Shown: positions 12,491 through 26,518 of the stretch, piece by piece
Layout of the letters: each line of letters starts with the position of its first letter
How positions within the stretch are numbered: position 1 is the first letter of the stretch
NCBI RefSeq assembly: GCF_902459465.1
Contig: NC_047071.1
Span: 1,488,001 to 1,552,000 of the forward strand
Length of the DNA: 64,000 bases
Origin: Asterias rubens
Lineage: Eukaryota
Direction: 5' to 3'
Position numbers and translations under genes: made by a program
Notes under the pieces: generated by a model
What the model was told of the DNA's origin: nothing
What the model saw: the letters and a program-made list of their open reading frames with translations, nothing else
The model's database searches: none

Positions 12491-13205
12491 CCTATGATTT
12501 TATTGCCTGTAAACCTATAGTGAGTGTGTAACTGCATGTGAGTCAACAACAAAAAAATTGCTCAATTCACAGGAAACCCAACTACCAAACTGGCCCAACT
12601 AAGATTACTGTGGTGTTACAGGGTTTGTCCTTAGCTGTTGTAGTAAATAAACAGCAGGACCCATCAGTTTGTAATTTCACTAGCCCGCCAGCTTTTTCAC
12701 TGGTCCATATATTCAAATATTGTCAGTAGCGTGAGACTTGTAATTTGAACTGATGTGAAGCGGTTTCCATCTAAGGAAGGATGGGACTTCAGCAATTAGC
12801 AAGCCTGCAGGACTAGTTGGAAAGAACTCTTACTAGTCCTTAGGTGTCTTAAATAGCATGAAGTTAATGGACCACTGTTCACTATTTTTAAATTTTCTAG
12901 TATTGCTTCAGATTTTTAATGTCTGTTAACAGTGCTTTGATGCCAATGCTATATGCGCTTTATAAATAGTGGTTATTTTTATTATTCAGATAGATCACTG
13001 TGTGATGACTTCAGGTTAACTAAGTCAATAACGGATACACAAGTGTGAGGTTTCGCATGCAAAAACAGTGCAATTAGTTGCTAGATCATCAAAGGCAAAT
13101 GAGCACAATGACCGTCCTGTGTGGTGAGTAAGACATATCAGTCATAACGTGTAAGACATCCACGCACCAATTGTGCACGAGCCCGGGACAATCTTAAAGA
13201 CTTAC

Positions 13206-16200
13206 CTCATCCCTTTCGTTTAGGTCGTGGTTCAGGTGAAGGTCAAAGGTCATGACCTTCTGTGTGTCACCAAGCGAGGGCAGTTTCATCACGGCGATAT
13301 CCTCCGTTAATGGGATAATTTGTTGCCAGGAGCCGTCCGATGTCTGCAGACTGGAAGCAATGGACTCGAGCGCTTCGGAAGACTTGCACCATTCTGTTGA
13401 ATGTAATAAATAAGAAATAAAAACACAAACCAGGAAGTGAGTTGTGCCAAGTTAACATTTGATTCGGGAGGAATCCTAAAATTGATGCCATTTCAATTTC
13501 CTATAGAGGAAACACTTGATTGAGAGCAGGAATTATGCTACAATTTTTTCTTTTTTGCAAGTCTGTTTACTTCAGAGTTTCTTTTTTGACATCTGCAATA
13601 AATCTTAAAGGGCAAGTAATTTTGGCAATAGCATGATTTCGAAACTAAGTATTGGAAAGTTCACAGGGTGTAAAGTTGGCAGAGGTACCGTGTTTTTTTC
13701 TGGTGTATTTTTCAGAAACAAACTCAAAAAGCAGATTTTTAAATCATAACTTACCCTCGGAACAAATATCTGGTACCGGAGGAAGTTGATTCAGAAAAAT
13801 GGCGAGCCTGGACCACAACATCTGGGTATTCTGATGTTAAGAAATCAAAATAGACAAACACGTTACCAAAACATATTACTCTGTAATAGTGAACACAGTT
13901 CGTTGAGCATTTCTGGCTGCAAAGTTTGAATTTCTTCGGTGAAGGACTGGGTAGGTTTATGGATAGAAACCATCAATGGAAGATTAAGCAGACCACACTT
14001 TTCAAAATGTCGAAACTCAACTTTCTCTCTACCCAAGTTCTTCTCAGAACCAACACGTCTTCCTAAAGTTTGCTATTCATAGAGGAAGGTCCTGTTTCAA
14101 GTTTTAAAGAGTATCGAATACAATAGCATTTATTTGAACACCATTTTAATATAGGGTTAGAGACTTGTAATTTTTAAGCGAAGAACATAAGGTATGCACA
14201 TACACAAACAAACATTTCTATAATAAACTAGATTCCACATAGGTGTGCCATTTTCAACCATGTGAGGGCGCTTTGGGTGTTACAAAATCATACACATAAC
14301 ACAACAACATATGTGTCTAAGAATTAACCAGAATCTACAGAGGTAGGCCATTTTCAACCATGTGAGGGCACTTTCGGAGTAACAGAATCACACACACAAT
14401 GAAACAAATTCTGCTTTTTCGAATAAGGTTCAAAAGTGCCCAGGCTCAAAAAACGTACTGGGCCAAAAAAAAATTGCATTTTGAACCCTGACCTCAGCTG
14501 TTGTAGTGATGACATCACTGTTTCCTCTCAGCCAATCAGTGATGAGTTTGATGGTGCACAGAAGTCTCTCTTCATTCAACACCTTCACGAGAAGCTCCAG
14601 GGGGTACGGTTTGTTTTCAGAGTCACCTCCTGAAGAGCCACCGGATTGGCCAATGGTTTCACCACCTAAGGGTTAGGACATTACGCAATAGTAAAGTGTC
14701 ATCACTAACAGGCACCCTATTTTTTGGAATCAAATTTTGAACTCCACAAAATGGCCGACCGTGATAGTTCACAATTTAAAAGGAAAACCACGCAATTTCG
14801 AGGCATATTTGTGTGGATCATTAAATTGTACTTTTAAAAAAATCTTTCTAACCATATGCATTTCATTACAAACGGTTACAAACGCTTTTCATAAACCAAC
14901 TCGTTCGATCCAAGGCAACGAGTCCCTTTAAGAATGATTACCAAACATATATCTTTCCTTTAAAAACCAATACCTGATTTTCCAGCCGACATGTCACCAT
15001 CCTGTGCTCCCCCGGTCTCTCCTGCTTTATCCCCCGTCTGGTCGTCGGACCTCTCCTTGTTGTACGCATCAAAGCTGGGGGCAAGGCGGATGTTACGCTT
15101 CAGAAATCCTGTTGGGCTTGGGGCGAGGAGCCTTGAAGAAAGATCTCGGAGGTTCTGGGCGAGGGTGCTAGGACTCGTAGATGACCATTCCTTGACTGAA
15201 AAAACAGGAATAGGATTTTTAAATCAATACATTTTGTTCTGGTATGGTTGGATGTAGACTTGTATTTTTTTAAAGAGAACGTTCTTGACGGCTGTTTCAA
15301 AGAAGTTACCTTTATCTGATTGTGATGTTTGCTCCTTTGCTCCGGGCGTTTTCTCTTTTCCTGCGTCTTGTTCTTCCTTGAGTTCTTTACTCTTCTCTGT
15401 TTGAATAATGCAATTCAATTTAAACTCATCTTTAAATGTTTCCATGATGTAACAAGAAAAGAGACGATGACTATTTATCAAGGACTAGATCTTGTCTTAC
15501 AATGTTTTTGAAAACAAACAACACTCTGTGCTTTCTACTAAGTGCTAAACAAGAATTTTCTGGGAACCAGTCATGTACGGTAAAAATGACATGGCATCTC
15601 AACTGGTAACCTGTTTCTTCTAAAAGCAGACCAATCATAACATGGAAACTGGAAGTATGAACCGTGCTTAAGTCACCTACCTGGAGATTTTTCTTCCTCT
15701 TGGTCCTGGCTGTCCATCAAATAGTCACTGTCGGACAACGCCAGAAGCCCGCCCTCGCTTGATCCCTCCCCAGCGCTGGAGCTGAAGTCGGATCCACCGC
15801 TGGCACTCAGGGCGCCTTCGCTGAGGTCTGAATCATCGCTCTCTGTACGGCCAGACATAGGGCGCCTCCTACGCCTGTTTAAGGCTTTACGTCGCTTGTC
15901 CTGGTGAAACACAAGAGTAACTTTCTTGTTTCTAAGTAGGATTTGAAAACTTTGTATGGTGGAAGTATAACTAAGAGAAGTTTGCTGTAACACCATGTGA
16001 ATATCTCTTTTAAAGGAACATTACAGAACTGGTTTTGCTAACAAAAAAATTGCTGGCAGTGTAAGCACTTTATGTAATCCACCATATACATAAACTGACA
16101 AATCTGTAGAAGTTTGGGATCGATCGGCCATCCGGGTCACGAGAAAATAGTGAAAAACCGATTACACATTTTGCATGACATTGATGCAAACAAAAAAATG

Positions 16201-19200
16201 AATAGAACGCTCACTGAGCGATAAACTCCAAACGCGAAATTAGATTATTTATTTCTCATCAAATATGACATTTCAGACAGAAATACTTCAAGGGATGTTT
16301 TCTACTATCATCATCATTAGACCGTGTAAGTTTTATGTAAATCTGTGATCTTCATGATTTTTGTTTCTTACCAATTCTGTAACGTTCCTTTAACAAAGAA
16401 CCACCGGTTCTTTTCATAACCAACTCTACTTAAAGGAACGTTACAGACTAGAATTGGTCAGAAATTGGTCAGATGGCCGATCGATCTCGAACTTCTTCAG
16501 ACAGGTTTGTCAGTTCATTATATGGTGGATTACATAAAGTGCTTATATGCCAGCAGCTTTTTGGCTAGCAAAACCAATTATGTAATGTTCCTTTAACCCT
16601 TAATTAGTACTGAGGAATTTACTTTTTTTCAACTACAACGCCAATGGAAGACAGATGTCACGAGGAAGAGGGGAGGTAGGGGGGATGAATACCTTTTTTG
16701 GGTGTGGACGTTTAACCGTGCCGTCACTGCATGTACCAGAGCTTTCTACTTCCTGACTATGCGTTGGGGTGAGGGTGCCTGCAATACTGAGACGTTCATT
16801 CCCTGACTCGTCGGTCTGGCTACTGCTCTCATCTATGGCCAAAACAAGGTACAAAATACAAAGACACTTTTAAGACCCGTCTACTCCTTTGTCTTCATTT
16901 ATTTGCTGTATAGACACTATGTGAAGTGCCGCCATCGTGCCGCCATCGAGGAAGCCAAACATCAGGTCCCAATTTTACAGAGCTGCTTCACGGCTGATTT
17001 TGTTCTTAATATTTAAGACTCCATGTCATAGCGCTGCTAACTGAAGCACCCAAAAAGGCATGCTTACCTTCCAGTGCTTTTTGAATGAAAATGAATGACG
17101 TAACCACGCAAATGTGGTGAACGGCAAGGTGGCCGCTTACTATTCTTGATAACCTGTGAAAGACACTTATACTGTAAGTTTTTCTGCTACAGTTGGCCCG
17201 AAAATTTGCATACCGTTAAGCAGAGCTATGAAATTAGCCCCAAGCTATCTCACAGGTTCATATGTCACGTACAGCTCTCAGCCAATACTTAGTATCAACC
17301 TCCACCCTCGCAGGTACCCATTGTGAAGAGAAGCAGTTATAGTAAAGTATCTTGCTCAAGGACACTTAAGTGTCATGATCTGGACTCGAACCAACACTCC
17401 GATGAGTTAACCACCAGGGCCCAATTTCATAAAGCCTGTAACCACAAAAATTTGCTTAGCATGAAATTTCTTCCTTGGTAAAAACAGGATTACCAACCAA
17501 ATTTTCATTTGTTGCATATTGCTTGATACTGATATTCAACTGTTGTTTGCTTATCCTGAACATCACGTGGAAATTTGGTTGGTAATCCTGTTTTTATAAA
17601 GGAAGAAATTTCATGCTAAGCAATTATTTGTGCTTACAGGTTTTATGAAATTGGGCCCTGAACTTGGGTTTGATACTCTAAACCACTTGGCCATGACAAT
17701 AATATTGAAAACCTCAGTGAATGATACTAAAAGGATCATAAGCTGAAATAGTGCCACATTAAGTGTTTCATACCTGAACTTTCATCAGATTCCTTGATCA
17801 GTTTGGGATGCTTGGCCTCGTATAGAGCATTCTGGATTCGTTCGTTGACATGCGTTAAGAGATGAGTGAACATGGCCAGCATGAAAGCAATGGACGCCGA
17901 CACCCACCTACGCTCTGCAGAAAGAAAATATCATATAACCAAGGTTTTAGTCAATCATATATCTCTAAAATATTATTAGTATTTCATCTTATCACAGCAT
18001 GCAAAAGAACGATAAAAGTTTTTCCTTTGTCATTTGTTTGTGGTGGTAACTCTTTGAGTCGGGCCCTGGCCTTGGCCCAATTTCAAAATTTGCTTAGCAT
18101 GGATTACCAAACTAATTTTAATTTGTTGCATATTGCTTGTTACTGGCATTCAGCTGTTGTTTGCTTATCCTGAAAATCACGTGGAAATTTGGTTGGTAAT
18201 CCTGTTTATATTAAGGAAGAAATTTCATGCTAAGCAAATTTTTGTGCTTACACGCTTTATGAAATTGGGCCCAGGACTCAAACCCCCACTCTGCTGATCA
18301 GAAACACCGGAGCTCGACTCTGCTGCTCTTTTAAAACCACTCAGCCACCCACGACACGCCACAATCAATCCTAATTTTCACGCGACATCAGCTACGGTTG
18401 CGCATTCCAGCCATAGCCATTGCTGATGAAGCCATTAATTTAGACACAGCCTCAGACAACATTTGGAAATAAAAGCCCGTCCCCATTTTGGTACAATTAG
18501 AATCATTTGTTACTGCTAATGCACACAGGGAACGAGACAATGATGGCGGCCAGAGAGATCAAAACAACATTACCTTTCTTCTGCAGTTTGTATATCGTCA
18601 TCAACATCATGACAAAGATCTTAAACACGAGATCGTCCGATATCGTCGACTCTTTCAGGGTGTCCCCTACTCTTGGTAAGGTGGCGGTGGCCTTTGGAAG
18701 TGGCATCGTCCGTCGATGGGTTCCGGTGTGGTACATGCACAGACTGAAATCGTGGACAACCGTCTGGCATAGAGTGGCCAGCTGCTCCTGGGAGGGCCAG
18801 GCGTTTGGTTGCAGCAGCTCTTGAAGGTACAGGAACTTGATCAGGAACTGCTTCAAATCCCTGGGTCTGTCTCGGTGATAATGACATCAGAGAGAAATCA
18901 GTGAACTCAATAATGTGTATTTCAGCGGTAGGTACAACTTGTGGACCTTACAACACAAGATGTCTGCAACCATGGGCCTCCTATTGCCCTCTTTTGTTTA
19001 TACTTTTTTGCAACAGCTCCCATTGGTTTTGTACACATTTTCCAACTGTGAACCTTTCCCGAACTGTAGACCCTATTATCCTCTTTTGTTATAGGTCTCT
19101 GGTTTGAATGTGTCTATACCTACTCGCATGATTCTATACAGTATACACTGTGGACATTCCTTTGTTTTGTGCAATTAAGAAAAAGCGATCAGTCTGCTGG

Positions 19201-22200
19201 ATTGGTTACCCCTTAATAAAGATGGTTAATAAATAAATAAACACCTGAATTCTTTTGTTTTTTTAAACCTCTCACCTTTGCATGTCTGGGGGAAGGTCAC
19301 GGTTGATCTGGCGGGGAAGCTCAAGATATCTCTTAGTGTTTTGTTCCAACGTCTTCTCCAAGTTATCAATCGCCCCATCAAAAGGTATCTCTGACAACCA
19401 GCTACAGGATAAAAAACAAAACGTGATTGTTGTTTTTTTGTCTGACTAATTTTATTTGATTCCCGTACCCTTTAACACTCATACAGCATATGTACACAGT
19501 AATGGCGACTGCTGCTTGTTTCGCGATAAACTTATTGGTGTTTTTCAAAACAAAATACTGTGTTTTAAAAGGATTTTACAAAGCGTTTTAGGTACAGAGT
19601 ACACAATTAGCCCTCCTACTGTCTGACCATTTACCATTCAATATCATCCACTCTTTTGAATGATGCCATGCCAACCTACACAACCCATGCAAGTTTAATG
19701 GATGGCCCTTTCCCTCGAAAGTGTGACCAGGGGCCCAATTGCATAGAGCTGCTTAAGCACAAAACTAGCTAAGCACACATAATTATGCTGACCAGAACAA
19801 GGTTACCAGCCAAAATACAATGTCACATGTACAATTTGTGACTGGTATCCTACTCATTTCTGCTAACATACAAATTTTAAGCAATATTTTGTGCTTATAA
19901 GCAGCTCTTTATAAAATTGAGCACAGAGTAGGAGGGTTAACATTCATATGAATTGGCCACAATAATGGAATACACACCATCTGAGGTAGTGGTAGGCACA
20001 ATCCAGTCCCTGATGTCTGTTGCCTGCCAGTGTGCCCAGCTGATTGTGAGGCATTCCCATTGCGGGGTTCAGCAGCAGTGCTTGGTGGTAGAATCGCTCT
20101 GCTTGCCGACAGCTACGGAATCCATCAAAGTCTTGTCTGTAGCGAGCTGGGATTTAAAATGTATAACTTTTTGATAATGGTTTTTAAAATGTAGTTCTTC
20201 TACAATGTTTCATCACAATCTATTGGGCATCTAAAGTCACTCATTAATTTGATGACTTGTGAGACCCATTTAGGGTTTACAAGGTGATACAGAACAGTTT
20301 AAAGGCAACCAATACAGAAACATTGGGTCAAATTCCCATTTTTTCAAGGGATTGCACTCCTTTGGCAATTACTCCAAAAAAATGCCCAGAAGAATAATTA
20401 CCATAAAACCTTAGTTGGTTAAGAGCACTGAAAAGCTGTTGATATTATACAACATTGTTACAAAACGATACGTTTAAAGTGATGTAGTTAGAGAAAGAAG
20501 TATTTTTTTCAGAAGGTTTTGAAGGGTTCCTGTACATTCAACAAAAACATGAGACTGCTGAAGACTTGCTCACCAAGATCTCCCAAGTAGATGAGACAAC
20601 GATGGCAGGCTTTCTCAGACCAATCTCTGGCTTTGGCTCGCTTGCTACCTGGCGGCGGTAAAGGACCTAAGAATGAAGACACATTAAAAATGAGAACATA
20701 ATTTGAAAGAAGTATAGACTAAAGTATTGATGGAGAGTTAAGCCTGGTTCATACTTCCTGCGAACACGATTGCGATACGTTTTGACGTCACAAATCCACA
20801 ACAAATAATTTGCATCAGTTTGCCCTGTGCTGAACTTCTGCGAAACACTTACTGCAAAAACAGCTGTGTGAAGGCAATGAAAAGGCAATGACCAAGGACA
20901 ATAGTATGTTGCCTTTGTAAAGTATCATGCCTGCCTGTTTGGATTGACAGACTTTAGGGTCACAGGGTTTAAGTACTCTTTTGTTAATCCTGGCCAGCTT
21001 GAAATGGGTTGTCTCTGTCCCTAGTTTCCTGCTCTTCCCTCTCCCACCCTGTTTCCTGTCCTTTCACAATCTACCCTACTCTATCATCTATTCTTCACAT
21101 GTTTCTTGTTGTATCCAAACCTTACATGTATGTCAGTCATCTTCATTCAGGACCAGTGCTTTAGTTGACATGATTTAGCATGTTTGCCTTCGTGTAGTTC
21201 TGTTCAACATATTTGTTTTCTTCTTTCCTATAACTATAACCTTATTTGGAATTACATGTATTATTATTGTTCTTTGTGAAATGGCCGAATAACTAATAAT
21301 AATAATAATATTTAAAGAATCTTGTGGGGGGCTACAAAATATCTGAAAAGGTCACTTGCAAAAGATACACAGTGTAGTCTTTGTTATATTTGAAGCTGTC
21401 AGTTTTTACTTGTGCCTTACCTCTACTGCTCCAGTGATCTCCAGCATCAACAAAGTCCACAATACCGCGTAGATTCAGTCTGTACTGCTGCTGTAGCCTC
21501 AGTAGCAGGTGATGGTAGAAGCCAGTAGCTGCCAGCAGATGGGTGTGGTAGGCACACTCCAGGGAGGATCCCGGGCGTACGTGCTGTCAAATAATAATAA
21601 TAATTATTTAAAAAAATACATTTATATGAGGGTTTTGATTGTAGACCAAGTTTTTGGCCATGACATTTTTTTAATTTTTTTTTATTTATTCTTCGGACAA
21701 AACAATAAAACAAGCACAGGCTGTCCAGGGAAGGGCAAATGTCAAAAAAGTGCCATCAAAAGAGATGTGCCCTCCCAGACCTAGCTCTGGAATGAATCCC
21801 TACTCACTATGAATGAAGATGTATGTAATATAATTTACCTGCTGTAGAAGTTTCAGCTTCATTAGTCATCAAGTTTTAAAAAACAAAAAGTGAAAATCAC
21901 ATAGCAATGTTTTCAGAAGAGTCACGTACAATTTTTGTCTCATGAGATTAAAATAATTTTTTTGTGACATTGTTATACTCGTTTCTCAAAAAACTAAAGG
22001 AAGCTTTCTATCATCATTATCTTCAAACCACTCAAGTTTTATGTTAATATGTGGACATTGTTTTCTGGGTCATACAAAAAGTACCCAAACCCTTTAACTT
22101 AATCTCAGCTGTTGACAAGAATTACTTTTTTGTTTTTCCTGACGACACTGATGACATCATAGTAGACCTTCCTCCATAAAAGTTCCTCTGCCTTTCGTCC

Positions 22201-23770
22201 GTAATCCACTGGCTGGAGAAACATTAACCTCTCACACAGGTCCTTCAGTCTGACAACAAAGACACAGTCGCAGAGTTATTTTAAATGTGTTAAAGCCATT
22301 GGACCCTTTCGGTAAACAGTGTTGTCCAAGGCCCACACTTTGTGTACCACAACTTCTATATCAAATAACAAACCTGTGAAAATTTAGGCTCAATCGGTCA
22401 TCGGGTCGGGAGAAAACAACGGAAAAACCCACCCTTGTTTCCGCGCGTTTTGCCGTGTCATGACATGTGTTTAAAATAAATCCGTAATTCTCGTTAACGA
22501 GAATTTATATTTTTTTGCTGTGTTCTCAAAAAGTAAAGCATTTCATGGAATAATATTTCAAGAGAAGTCTTTCACCATTGCCTTCTGTAAACCCTGTAAG
22601 TTATTTGTAAATCTGTGAACTTTTTTTTTTTCCTGAACCAAAAGGGTCCAATGGCTTTAAAGGTACAGGAAAATATAGGTAATTACTCAAAATAGTTATT
22701 AGCATAAAAACTTACTTGGCACAAGCAACGGAGAGCTGTTGATAAGACATTGTAGGAAATGGCCTTCTATGAAGTAACATAGTTTTTGAGAAAGGGGTAA
22801 TTTCTCACTCAAATATCTAATTTTCAGACCTGAAGCCTTTTAGGCATTTGAAAGCACACAAAGTTGTGCAACTTGCAACTACAATGACCATTTGAGCCAA
22901 AATTTTGATAGATTTGAAATTATATGCATATGTTGAGATGTACACCATGTGAAAATACTGGTCTTTGACAATGACCAAAGGTGCCTTCAATCAAGTGCAA
23001 AACCATTTGGATGATATTGAATGGCCAGACAGCAGGATGATTAACAAATCTTTGACAAACAATATTGTAAAAACAACTCAGCTACCTACTTCATGCGGAG
23101 TTCAATAGCATCCCATTCAAAGACACTGCGGTAAGGTTGCCTGTGTCTCAAGATGTTGTCTAACTTGGCAATAATATCCTGGGCACCCCTGCAAAACAAA
23201 CAATAATCAAAAGATGTTTTAGGGCCTACTTTCAAGGTTTATTGCAGAGATAATTATTTGGAGGTCATCCAGCAAATATTATTCAACAGTCTCTACTAAC
23301 TAACTCAAACTTTATCAATTTCAGCTTAAGAGAAACTTCCAAGAAATGAGAAACTTTCAATGTTTTCTGACAATAGAATATGACATGACTTCAATCTTCA
23401 TCCGTAATGACCAACTGCTCATCAAATTATCAGCCTTGGGCCTACGATCAAAACGCTTTTGTTTACTATTAGTATTATTGTTTACGTTTTCTAAACACCG
23501 TAAGAACCCGCAAGAACTCCCCCTGCTGGATCCATGAGCGCGACCTCACACTTTCCCTGTCAAATCAACTCCCAATCCCCCCCCCCCCCCCCCCCATCCC
23601 ATGGTTAATCATTGCATTGCATGTGTCGTGTTATTGCTAATTGCTTTTGGACAAACCAAAATCAAAAAGAAAAGGGCACTGTCACCATGCACTTACCGAT
23701 AAATCCGTTTAATTTGCTGTAGTTTTTCAACTTCTGGCTTCACTGTTACTTTGACTTCTTCTTGCTCCAT
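13206..23770 (-). CDS. SMG5: Nonsense-mediated decay factor SMG5 (EST1B), 5' 16 coding exons, 796 codons; 3' exons not located
   Basis: Exons in transcription order: 23770-23697, 23188-23090, 22249-22126, 21583-21421, 20666-20574, 20146-19978, 19401-19276, 18866-18574, 17914-17774, 16832-16693, 15900-15681, 15396-15310, 15195-14974, 14665-14493, 13830-13755, 13393-13206. All GT-AG and phase-consistent. Motifs LMFLQPVDYGRKAEELLWRKVYY, ACHRCLIYLGDLARY, GMPHNQLGTLAG, DDSDLSEG, KRNIRLAPSF, DWLRGN, LWSRLAIFLNQLP and PLTEDIAV match SMG5 rather than SMG6 or SMG7. Confidence 0.93.
16014..16389. mobile_element. Kolobok-like MITE, full length
   Basis: TTAA|aggaacattacagaa ... ttctgtaacgttcct|TTAA; TSDs at 16010-16013 and 16390-16393; RR...YY ends. 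Confidence 0.85.
16434..16592. mobile_element. Internally deleted, inverted derivative of the adjacent Kolobok-like MITE
   Basis: TTAA|aggaacgttacag ... tgtaatgttcct|TTAA; the body is the reverse complement of ~16014-16140. Confidence 0.8.
22294..22656. mobile_element. Kolobok-like MITE (agccattggaccctttcgg ... aaagggtccaatggct)
   Basis: TIRs with TTAA at 22290-22293 and 22657-22660. Confidence 0.85.
22661..22986. mobile_element. Second Kolobok-like MITE sharing the TTAA of the previous element
   Basis: Body ggtaattactcaaaatagttattagcataaaaac... is homologous to 46272-46663 and to 5045-5430 (reverse). Confidence 0.7.
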
Positions 23771-26518
23771 TGTAATTTCGTGACATGTATTCGTGACAAT
23801 TTATAAACACTATTTATAGTAGATAATTAATTTTCCAACACATGACAATATGCAGTGTGCACAGATAAAATAGAGACAGATGTCGGTTTCAAATGAGGGC
23901 GCTGCATGCGTGAGTTTAAACTTGTGCAAGTCCTTCTACTATTGATACGGTAAAATTTCTCTGAATCAACTTTCAAAGCGAACTTTAGTCTCCCAAAGCT
24001 TTATTATAACAATTATGGATATTAAAAAGGGAAACAGAAGTCAATCAACTCGTACCGTAACATGGGGAAGAGTTGACCAGGATACGAATTGACCCGGGGA
24101 CGATTAAAGCTATAGCGCCATGGTCAAACTAGTTAAAAGAAAGGGGGAATATTAAAAATGCAAATTCCACTATTTAAAACATAATTAGATGGTGCAGTGA
24201 TATTATAAACTTCCTAGTAGGTACCATGTGACATAATCAGATTGAACAACTCACAAAACACTCAGTAACATAGTGCTTATCGTTCTTTAAATAATAATGA
24301 ACTTTTATTGTGACAAATTCAATTAACATTATTACATTTTATTATTATTATTAGAAAATATATTAACCATTAATTGTACAAATTGGTATCAGGCATAACC
24401 TTTATTATACAGCTGCTTGCATAACATTAAAAACAACCAAGGAATACATATCAAATGTTGAAAGCTGATTGAAAAGGTGTTAGCATTTAAAAAAAAAACA
24501 ATTAGTATACATACTTATTAGTGTAGACTAAACCCTGAATTTCATAAAAAAGATTATTATTTAATAATCAGCTAAGCAAACTATTTGCAGCGAGTCATTT
24601 GTTCAGTAAAAATAGATCTTTGGTTTAAAATTGTGTACAAAAAAATAAGAGTTATACAAGATATTTATTATTATTATTAATGAGGCTATTGTCAGCAATT
24701 TAAACCTACTGCTTGTGATGGTGCATGATATTTGAGGCAGTATTAATAATGCACAGGTTGTCTGCTCAGGTCACTAATGGCAATTTCATATTTGTAATGA
24801 TCAAAAGGTCATTAAATGAAAAATGCATATCAATTTGAAGAAAACAAACTGATCCAAATCAACAAATGTTTGTTTTACTTAGAAAATGTATGAATCTTTT
24901 TGCCAAACAGTTACTTTGAAGACCACTTTTGTTCAATACATCCCAACTACCAGGAGCTCCAAAATATGCAAAAGGAATTTATCAAGCCCTTACAAATTGC
25001 ACTAATGACCTTATAGTTCTGAGCAGACGAGGTATTTTATTGAAAAGGGGACAAAGACATAAATAACTTTGAGTACCATAATGGTTTAAAAATATTACTG
25101 TATATAATGTATGACACTTATATTGCAGCTATCTTAGACAGCCCGGTAATCAATTGAAGATAGAGTATCCATGAGTCAAACATTAAATTTACTTTCAACT
25201 TTAATTCAAAGTTGATGACTAGTTCATCAAGTCCAATTGCATAAATGAAACTTAAAAGCAGTGCATATATTATTTGGTATTATCCCTAGCTTTGCATAAT
25301 TTCATTTTTATAAAATTAAACATAATACTTCATTTGTAAATCTTTCACTCCAACTTAAAAACCCACTGTATTTCTAAAATAGAGAATTAAAGTGTACCAA
25401 CTTGGAAATCAGAAATGAAAAATTGACTATTCAGTTATTTCATTCATCGATCACACACAGTGCTGGATAAATAACAACAAAACATCAGAATTGAAATATG
25501 ATTGACTAATAATCACTTAAAGATAGACTTTAACTCTAACTCTTACTAACTGGGTTGGACTGGGTTCAAATCCTGTTTAAGTGACACTTGTGCATATTTT
25601 TAGAAAGAAATCTGACCCAGATTGCTTCTCTTAAGCCAGGAGTGAGTGAACACCTGTGATGAGGGTTATTGTACAAGGTGTATCCACGCAAGGGAGCCAT
25701 GACTCCTGCAGGAAGGAAATAACTGGCCAGTAAGAGAAGTAAATGTCCATGTGCATATTGTTGTTCAGCAGAAATATTTTAAGCAACATTTTCTTCTTCT
25801 TAAGCAACTCTATAAAATTGGGCCCAGGTATGAGTTTTGACAAATGGCTTTACAGCCTAGGTTCCCCTCTTTTTCTAGACCTGAAACCTCCCAGATATTC
25901 CCATAATTCAGTTTGAAATCAAAAGGGTTGAAAAACTCTGTGAATCACCATAAAATAATGTAAAACTACAGGTTTTGGACCGAATGAGGACTGTTTCGAT
26001 CTCCCTTTTGTGACTGCTTCACTTCTTTCAAATAAAATTAAAGGCTCAAGGTGACTTTGAGAAGATCTTGCAATCAGGGGGAAAAACCTGAGAAATCAAA
26101 CACCGATATACCGATAATGACCAGGGCCCAGTTTCATAAAGCCTGTATTTTGCTAAACACAGAATAATATTGCTTAGCAGAACCAGGCTACCAGCCCATT
26201 AAATGAAGTTTGCATTGTTGTGACCGGTGCCCAGCTCGATTTTTGCTTAGCAAAGAAATTTTTCGAGCAGTATTTTCTGCTTAATAGCTTTATGAAATTG
26301 GGCCCTAAAGATGGCGATGGGGAAGTTAGTGGAAATCTCAGTTGTAAACATGGGAGGGAAAAACCCAGAGTGGGGTATGGAAAACCCAGACAGGGGTAAA
26401 ACAAAACACGCAATCAGCAAAAGAGACTGAAAGAAAACCCAATCCACATGAAAAGGCTCCAGTCCAAGGTGGGATAAGCTGTGAGGGTGTGAACCCGAAA
26501 CCGCCAAGAATCACCCAC

